From the IMG/VR virus record IMGVR_UViG_3300042544_002482, positions 29,593 to 93,592 of that record: 64,000 bases of DNA; one strand, written 5' to 3'. The DNA comes from a virus. The notes under the pieces were generated by a model. It was not told where the DNA came from and ran no database searches. It saw only the letters and a list, made by a program, of their open reading frames with translations. Of the stretch, positions 58,350-64,000 are shown piece by piece. The translations under genes were made by a program, and so were the position numbers. Numbering within the stretch: the first letter of the stretch is position 1; the number at the start of each line of letters is the position of its first letter.

Positions 58350-58611
58350 CTGTTTCGTTTTTAATTATAGTTATGTTCTTAACCACACTTTGAACGTCTT
58401 TTTCGACGTTAACTATGTGATTGTCAACTTTTTCAATTTGGTTATCGATTTCTTTATTAACGGCATAAACCGAATCCACTTCTTTTTGAATGGAGTCGAT
58501 TTTAGCATTATACCCCTTCACATCGGTCTTTATCCCCTGATTCTGAAAAATGGTATATGCCGCTAAACAAGCAATCAAAATTAATAGGATTGTAGTCTTG
58601 TTTGATTTCAT
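58273..58611 (-). CDS. N-terminal TM plus coiled-coil protein (i-spanin-like)
   Basis: single TM followed by heptad-rich region. Confidence 0.5.
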   Translation of the reverse strand: MKSNKTTILLILIACLAAYTIFQNQGIKTDVKGYNAKIDSIQKEVDSVYAVNKEIDNQIEKVDNHIVNVEKDVQSVVKNITIIKNETDEKVNIITTIGNSELEQLFADRYNN

Positions 58612-58624
58612 ATTTAGTTTTTAT

Positions 58625-58632
58625 TATAAATA
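58625..58632 (-). promoter_or_regulatory. TATTTATA putative late promoter
   Basis: between the clpP terminator and the 58611 ATG. Confidence 0.55.
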
Positions 58633-58638
58633 TGGGAA

Positions 58639-58667
58639 AATAAAGAAGGGGACTTTCGTCCCCTTTC
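58639..58667 (-). terminator. intrinsic terminator after clpP
   Basis: minus strand AAGGGGAC-GAAA-GTCCCCTT followed by CTTTATTTT. Confidence 0.8.
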
Positions 58668-58670
58668 ATA

Positions 58671-59345
58671 TTAACTTTTTTTCTTAACTATCTCATCGAT
58701 AATCCCGTAATCCAGAGCCTCTTGGGCTCCCAACCATAAATCTCGACTTGCATCATTTTTTACGGTTTCAGCGTCTTTACCACAATATCCACCCAATAAC
58801 TCAAATAATGTATCATTGATTTTCTCCCACTCTATCATAGTGATACGAGCATCTTGGATATTTCCACCTGCACCCCCTGAAGATTGGTGTAACATAGTAC
58901 GTGAGAACCTCAAGGAACCACGTTTACCTTTAGTTCCTGCCCCAAGTAGGACTGAACCCATAGAAGCCGCCATACCCGTGTTAATGGTACGGATATCGGA
59001 ATTAATATATTCCATAACATCTACCATGGATAATCCCGATTTAACCGAACCTCCTGGACTGTCAATGTGCATTGTAATGTCATTTCTATCAATACTATCC
59101 AAGAACATCAATTGAGCCTGTACAATGGTTGACATGTGATCATTAACCTCCCCAGCTACCCAAATGATACGTTCCATCATCAAACGTGAAAATACGTCCA
59201 TTGCGGTAACATTCATTTGTCTTTCCTCCAAAATATATGGGGTTAAACTGTTTTCCACTCTTTTGTTGTAGTTGTGTAAGTTCATTGAACTAACTCCGTG
59301 GTCTTTAGCGAATAGACCGAAACCTTTGTAATCGTTTGGTGTCAT
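58671..59345 (-). CDS. clpP: ATP-dependent Clp protease proteolytic subunit
   Basis: MDVFSRLMM.RII, I.SPGGSV, GMAASMG (Ser), MLHQ (His), RD.W (Asp). Confidence 0.95.
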   Translation of the reverse strand: MTPNDYKGFGLFAKDHGVSSMNLHNYNKRVENSLTPYILEERQMNVTAMDVFSRLMMERIIWVAGEVNDHMSTIVQAQLMFLDSIDRNDITMHIDSPGGSVKSGLSMVDVMEYINSDIRTINTGMAASMGSVLLGAGTKGKRGSLRFSRTMLHQSSGGAGGNIQDARITMIEWEKINDTLFELLGGYCGKDAETVKNDASRDLWLGAQEALDYGIIDEIVKKKS

Positions 59346-59367
59346 ATTATAAGTTTTTATTGTTGTA

Positions 59368-59375
59368 CAAATGTA
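59368..59375 (-). promoter_or_regulatory. Bacteroidota-type -7 promoter element TACATTTG
   Basis: exact TAnnTTTG match 22 nt upstream of the clpP ATG. Confidence 0.6.
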
Positions 59376-59391
59376 ATAATTTTATTTTAAA

Positions 59392-61734
59392 CTATGAAAT
59401 TTTTGTGGTGATATAATCAATAGACGATATATTATCATCTTTTTTAATCATAATAATATTATCTGACCAGTTACGTATCAAAGGGTTATGAGAAATAACT
59501 ATAATATGTTCAAAGTAATCCTTAATCTTTTTAAAGAACTCTCCGACCATTTCAAGATTCTCATCCGCAACTTTACCGAACACCTCATCCATAACAACAA
59601 TATTTGGTTTTGGTAACGATGAAATTTTAGTTAATACAGATCTAAGTGCTAAAGATGAAATTGTTTTTTCATACCCCGAACCCGCGTTTAATGGTTTAAC
59701 AACTCTTGTCTCGGTATCAATCATTAAGAATTCAACCTCGTTCTTATCGTTTACATTTAATTCTAATATAAAATGACAACTATCAACCAATAGACGATAC
59801 AACTCCTGATTTAATAATGGAATCATATTCTTCATAATCAGTTTTGATATACCATTCTTACCGTAAATCGTTAAGTAAGTTTTAAATACTCCCCCAAGTT
59901 CCTCCTCACCTTTAATTTTAGTAATCAAATCATTATTAACTGCAATTTTTTCACCCATCGACGTAATATTCGATTTGTGTTTTTCAACCGTACTATTTGC
60001 AATTCTAATATCAGCGGTGGTGGTATCAATTTTAGTTCTTAACGCAATAACTTCAGCATCAATTTTTTGATTCTCCTCTAATTTCTTTTTATTGTCATCA
60101 TAACGGTCTAACTTCAATTGTTTAGAATCAATTTCTAATTGTTTTTGTTCTACTTCCAATTCATAACGAGCCTTACGAAGTTTGTTTCTCTCGTAGGTGT
60201 CGAATTCAGCTCTTAACGCTTCTAAACTATTGGACTGTTCTTTTAATAGGTCAAATTGAATTTTATTTAATTCAATATCTTTAGTAATCTCCTCAATTTC
60301 TTTTTTAATCTTTTCAATTTCTTCGGTATGGTCAACTTCGTCTAATGCTCGATTACAAGTTGGACAAACGGTTCCCTCCTCAAATTTTTTGATTAACTTT
60401 TCTTTCTCCCCTTTCTCATATTTTGCCGCAACATCGATTCCTTGCAAATCTGCCATTTGACCTCTTAACTCTTTATGTTGGTCTTCGTCATAATATTTTG
60501 AAGGTTCAATAACACTTACGGTATCAGCATTTACTTGACTACTATTTTTTAGTGATTTTAAATCGTTAATCTCTCTTTCCAATAGTGTTGGGTTGGTGTT
60601 GATTAACTCTCTGTCAATATCGTTGTTACGAGAACCTAATACCGTGTCTCTTCTACCTTCTAATTCTTTTAGATGTTTATCTAATCTAGTTAGTTCACCA
60701 TTTAATCTTTCATTCTCATTCTCTGAATTGGTAATACTGTCTTGATAGTTGGTATTATCAATCTCCAATTGAGTAATGTTGTATGTATTAGATACCAGCT
60801 TTCTGCTCCAATCATTGTATATTCCCTTTGCGATATCCTCTTTTACCTTTAAACTTTCTAACCCCATAAACTTAGTTAGAATTTGTCCACGTGCGGTTGG
60901 TTTGGATTCAATTAATTGTTCCAAATTATTACCTGTGGTCATAATGGTTGCTAAGAAATCTTCTTCACTACCAATTGCAGACGCAATAAATGCTTCAGTT
61001 TCTCTTCTTTGTTCACCGGTTAAGTTTTCAACTGTACCGTCTTCTTTCTTCTTATAGAATTCAAGTTTGTTGGTTACGTTGTATTCACCTACTTTAGTTT
61101 TCTTTCTTGATAACTTTCTCTCAATAAAATAATCGTCACCATCAATTGTGATTTCACCTCTAACACTCAATTCATCTTTATCACTAAACTTATTGAATAT
61201 CTCAATTGCCGTTTTAGTCTTAGTTGTTGAATTGAAAAATAGGAACATTAATAAATCAACTGAAGATGTGGACTTACCTCCGAAGTTCTTTGGTGTTGAT
61301 TCGATAACGGTGATACCATCTAATGCGGTATAATCGATTACATTGTCTTCACCAAAAGATAAAAAATTAGAAAATTCAATCTTCTTAATGTACCATTTAT
61401 TGTAACGGACTTTATTCTGATTTAATTTATCAATCTCACCGTTAACTCTATTATCTAATCTATCAATTAAGTCCCATTTAGTAGTGATTTTATTTTCTTT
61501 AATAAAATCCTTCATTAGACTTTTTTGATACTGATTATCTAAGATACTGTCGGACGCTTCTAACGATTGTAATTGCACATCGGAAGTGTTAACCAAACTC
61601 TTAGTTATAACCTGAATGTTCTTTCCTTTGTATTTGTCTTGAAAATAAGATTTAACTCTTCTGATTTTTTCAGGGGTGAAGTTCTCCGGGGTATCTTCCC
61701 AGGTTACTTTAATAAATGGGTTATTGTAAACCAT
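59392..61734 (-). CDS. Rad50/SbcC/gp46-like ATPase with extra N-terminal domain
   Basis: NFLSFG, NFGGKST Walker A, CPTC zinc hook, GSGYEK signature, VMDEVFG Walker B, ISH. Confidence 0.93.
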   Translation of the reverse strand: MVYNNPFIKVTWEDTPENFTPEKIRRVKSYFQDKYKGKNIQVITKSLVNTSDVQLQSLEASDSILDNQYQKSLMKDFIKENKITTKWDLIDRLDNRVNGEIDKLNQNKVRYNKWYIKKIEFSNFLSFGEDNVIDYTALDGITVIESTPKNFGGKSTSSVDLLMFLFFNSTTKTKTAIEIFNKFSDKDELSVRGEITIDGDDYFIERKLSRKKTKVGEYNVTNKLEFYKKKEDGTVENLTGEQRRETEAFIASAIGSEEDFLATIMTTGNNLEQLIESKPTARGQILTKFMGLESLKVKEDIAKGIYNDWSRKLVSNTYNITQLEIDNTNYQDSITNSENENERLNGELTRLDKHLKELEGRRDTVLGSRNNDIDRELINTNPTLLEREINDLKSLKNSSQVNADTVSVIEPSKYYDEDQHKELRGQMADLQGIDVAAKYEKGEKEKLIKKFEEGTVCPTCNRALDEVDHTEEIEKIKKEIEEITKDIELNKIQFDLLKEQSNSLEALRAEFDTYERNKLRKARYELEVEQKQLEIDSKQLKLDRYDDNKKKLEENQKIDAEVIALRTKIDTTTADIRIANSTVEKHKSNITSMGEKIAVNNDLITKIKGEEELGGVFKTYLTIYGKNGISKLIMKNMIPLLNQELYRLLVDSCHFILELNVNDKNEVEFLMIDTETRVVKPLNAGSGYEKTISSLALRSVLTKISSLPKPNIVVMDEVFGKVADENLEMVGEFFKKIKDYFEHIIVISHNPLIRNWSDNIIMIKKDDNISSIDYITTKIS

Positions 61735-62279
61735 ATTTTTTTTATTAAATTTTTGTTTTCATCTTGTTCTAATATAAACTTACCATCAATCAAATTATAA
61801 GTTTCGACATCTTCTCTTCTAAACGATAACCAATTCTCAACCTCGTTACTATTTTTTGGTTGGAATTTTGTCCTTATACACTTTTTAGAATTTTTAACCG
61901 TTTCAGGTCTAATAACTATGACTTGAGTAAAGTCCTTATTAGTTCTCATAAAAATATTCTTATTGTGACTTGGATTGTCAATAAGTTTTTTTCTACTTTC
62001 AAAACTTTCCAACCAGTATTTTTCTTTTCTAGCTGGAATGTTAACTGTTCTAAAATTCTGCTCCGAAATTAATGAATAATTGTCATCTTCCCAAAAGTTA
62101 TTTTTCCATTTTCCATGTTCGACTTCTACACCCAATAACGAATCGTCAACACCTAATAAATCAATTTTATATAATTCATCATTTGTTTTTAATTTCATAC
62201 CCCATTGTTCTAAACAAAAGTTAATTATAAAATTTCTAACCCTCGTATCATCATAAGAAGTTCCTGTTAAAATTGCCAT
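61704..62279 (-). CDS. putative PD-(D/E)xK-like endonuclease
   Basis: IDL......GVEVE motif; basic protein. Confidence 0.35.
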   Translation of the reverse strand: MAILTGTSYDDTRVRNFIINFCLEQWGMKLKTNDELYKIDLLGVDDSLLGVEVEHGKWKNNFWEDDNYSLISEQNFRTVNIPARKEKYWLESFESRKKLIDNPSHNKNIFMRTNKDFTQVIVIRPETVKNSKKCIRTKFQPKNSNEVENWLSFRREDVETYNLIDGKFILEQDENKNLIKKIWFTITHLLK

Positions 62280-62288
62280 TAATTCTTT

Positions 62289-62594
62289 TTATCTTTTTTC
62301 CTCGAAGTATTCAACTATCGAGTTTATTGCCCATACTGAGCCAGCGGTAAACATACCATCAAAGAAAATACTTGGTAACCAATGTATGTCTAAAATTCTT
62401 GAGGATATTCCACCAAGACATATTGACATAAAAAATCCAACCCAAGTTGAGGTACATAATGTACAAGAGATTAAATCACCAAAAAATTTTGATTTACTTT
62501 TAATGAATAATCTAGTACTTTCAAAAATAGATCCCCATACAAGTATAGATGTGAATCCGTAAGCAATAAATGCCCATAACGTTAATAAAACCAT
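62289..62594 (-). CDS. DUF1360-like membrane protein
   Basis: three hydrophobic segments, L.SC..C.S.W.G. Confidence 0.6.
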   Translation of the reverse strand: MVLLTLWAFIAYGFTSILVWGSIFESTRLFIKSKSKFFGDLISCTLCTSTWVGFFMSICLGGISSRILDIHWLPSIFFDGMFTAGSVWAINSIVEYFEEKR

Positions 62595-62641
62595 AGTATT
62601 GTTTTTATTAAATTATAAACTATTTTTTTGAGAAAAAGAAA

Positions 62642-63166
62642 TTATTCGCTATATAAACTACCCAAGTCACTATTTTTCATATAGGTGGCTTTATTGAATT
62701 TCTCTAATGATGTTTTAATATTTCCCAATTCTGTTTCCAATTCGGAATTCTTTTTGAGGAGTCTTTCTATTTCATCGTTGTTTGTAATTTCAACAATCTT
62801 CTCCACTGGGACTTCTTTGATGATTTCTTTGGTTATAACTTGTGTATCCCCTTTAATTTGTATTGGTACTTCTTTTATTATCTCCACAATCTTTTCAATG
62901 GGGACCTCTCTAATAACTTCCCTATCTATGTATTTTATTTCAGGAGGTAATTGCTTCTCAACGATAACTTCTTTGACAACCTCAACAATTTTTTCTTTTA
63001 TAGTACTATTACCTGTTGGGGTTTCACCATACTTTAATAAAGAAAACCCTCTCTCGAAGGTTTCCTTTGCAAGTTTCTCAATATTTTCAACTCCATTTAT
63101 CTCACAATAAAGAAGAAATTCATTATCCAAGGTTAACGAGTTCTTCTTTTTCATTTTCAATGTCAT
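62642..63166 (-). CDS. hypothetical protein with KEV/EKIV repeats
   Basis: repeated (K/R)EV(P/I)/EKIVE, C-terminal coiled coil. Confidence 0.65.
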   Translation of the reverse strand: MTLKMKKKNSLTLDNEFLLYCEINGVENIEKLAKETFERGFSLLKYGETPTGNSTIKEKIVEVVKEVIVEKQLPPEIKYIDREVIREVPIEKIVEIIKEVPIQIKGDTQVITKEIIKEVPVEKIVEITNNDEIERLLKKNSELETELGNIKTSLEKFNKATYMKNSDLGSLYSE

Positions 63167-63941
63167 TTATGTCGTTTATTTTAAAGTGTAGAAACGGTTG
63201 TTCATTATCCATATCGTGGAAACTGTAGTTGTCCGTTTCAATATCATAAATACCATATCCGTGATGTTTAACTGTCTCACCAAAGTTCTGTTGTATTAAT
63301 GAACCAATCATAACACCCTTACCACCTTCAGGTAATGTAAAGGTTTGTCTTTTGTGAATGTCACCACAAAGCAGTAAATCCAACCCAACAAAATTTAGTT
63401 GGTCATATGAATCTTCAAATTGAAATCCCATATCGGTTGACATACCTTGAATTGGACTATGGAATAATCCAATGTGAAACTTACCTTCTTCCTTTGTGAA
63501 TTCAGGTCGTGCATTATGTTGATATAACGAGTACACCACCCAATTAACATTTTCATCTGAATAAACACCGCTGTCTTTATGGTAAACGATATTTTCATTG
63601 TTTAACAATTCAACAACTGGAGTAATACTATCTAATCGTTGAGTGTTGTTTTCTAAAAAATCGTGATTACCAGGAATGATAACAACTTTACCGTATGACG
63701 CCAATTCTCTCAAGAACCAACTAGTTAAAAGGAGTTGTTCATTTGAGATATTAATTTTTTGATGTGCGATATCACCCGCAATAACAATTCTAATTTCGTT
63801 GTGCGATATACCCTCATCTGTCCATTTAACTGAATGTTCTTTAATTTCTTCAATAAGTGCATCAAACTGTCTTTTATACAATTCGTGCATTTGAATCGTT
63901 CTGATGTGTATATCAGCGATATGTATAACCTTTTTTACCAT
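63123..63941 (-). CDS. Mre11/SbcD/gp47-like metallophosphoesterase nuclease
   Basis: ADIH, AGD, GNHD, FH, GDIH motifs; GSLIQQ.FGE. Confidence 0.92.
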   Translation of the reverse strand: MVKKVIHIADIHIRTIQMHELYKRQFDALIEEIKEHSVKWTDEGISHNEIRIVIAGDIAHQKINISNEQLLLTSWFLRELASYGKVVIIPGNHDFLENNTQRLDSITPVVELLNNENIVYHKDSGVYSDENVNWVVYSLYQHNARPEFTKEEGKFHIGLFHSPIQGMSTDMGFQFEDSYDQLNFVGLDLLLCGDIHKRQTFTLPEGGKGVMIGSLIQQNFGETVKHHGYGIYDIETDNYSFHDMDNEQPFLHFKINDINDIENEKEELVNLG

Positions 63942-64000
63942 AATCGATATATTTCGTTAAGTCTAAATTTAAAACCGTATTGTTTACCTGCGAAGGTACT
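63913..64000 (-). CDS. 3' end of an upstream gene entering from the right edge
   Basis: open frame ...VPSQVNNTVLNLDLTKYIDYGKKGYTYR* overlapping the Mre11 start. Confidence 0.4.
   Translation of the reverse strand, partial: VPSQVNNTVLNLDLTKYIDYGKKGYTYR

Noticed and set aside
1752-63228. Many plus-strand ORFs in the track (e.g. 19276..19794, 24534..25181, 38640..39140, 51878..52414, 62685..63110) and nested short minus-strand ORFs
   Set aside because: They are antisense or alternate-frame shadows lying within well-supported genes and show no recognisable motifs; only 48182..48331 and 48328..48966 are credible plus-strand genes
1-64000. Stop-codon reassignment (TAG or TGA) as in some large phages
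   Set aside because: Long genes are intact in code 11; TAG ends genes cleanly (22400, 59392) and TGA occurs in ATGA overlaps; read-through of the TAG at 54338 would add only a short peptide
1-64000. CRISPR array, tRNA, rRNA, IS elements
   Set aside because: Intergenic gaps are short (under about 150 nt); no regularly spaced repeats, cloverleafs or transposase motifs were seen

Overview
AT-rich (roughly 30% GC by eye), gene-dense, almost entirely minus-strand segment of a large tailed-phage genome. The host is most likely Bacteroidota: the RpoD-type sigma factor, ClpP and Hc1-like protein look Bacteroidota-like, there is a TAnnTTTG promoter element, and Shine-Dalgarno motifs are scarce. In transcription order (right to left) the window holds four blocks. 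(1) 64-44.7 kb: Mre11/Rad50 (gp47/gp46), ClpP, membrane/lysis-type genes, a sigma70, a membrane protein with a probable -1 frameshift extension, a degenerate amidase, acidic head-type proteins, an Hc1-like protein, a Dam-type methylase, NusG, an AAA ATPase, thioredoxin and glutaredoxin. (2) 44.6-20.3 kb: Ser/Gly/Thr-rich tail-fibre genes organised as repeated 'fibre + adapter + tip + chaperone' cassettes. They share a ~200-aa module, and most are preceded by a TATTTATA motif. (3) 20.3-15 kb: glycosyltransferases and a methyltransferase, including two GT7 (beta-1,4-galactosyltransferase-like) enzymes with a LamG domain inserted inside the catalytic domain. (4) 15-0 kb: eight N-terminal-twitch radical SAM enzymes interleaved with stand-alone LamG proteins, two 2OG-Fe(II) oxygenases and more GT-like proteins. 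The best candidate for an undescribed system is the >20-kb LamG-associated radical-SAM/glycosyltransferase/oxygenase operon, which may build and tailor a glycan coat on the adjacent tail fibres. All calls come from motif recognition by eye; no database searches were run.
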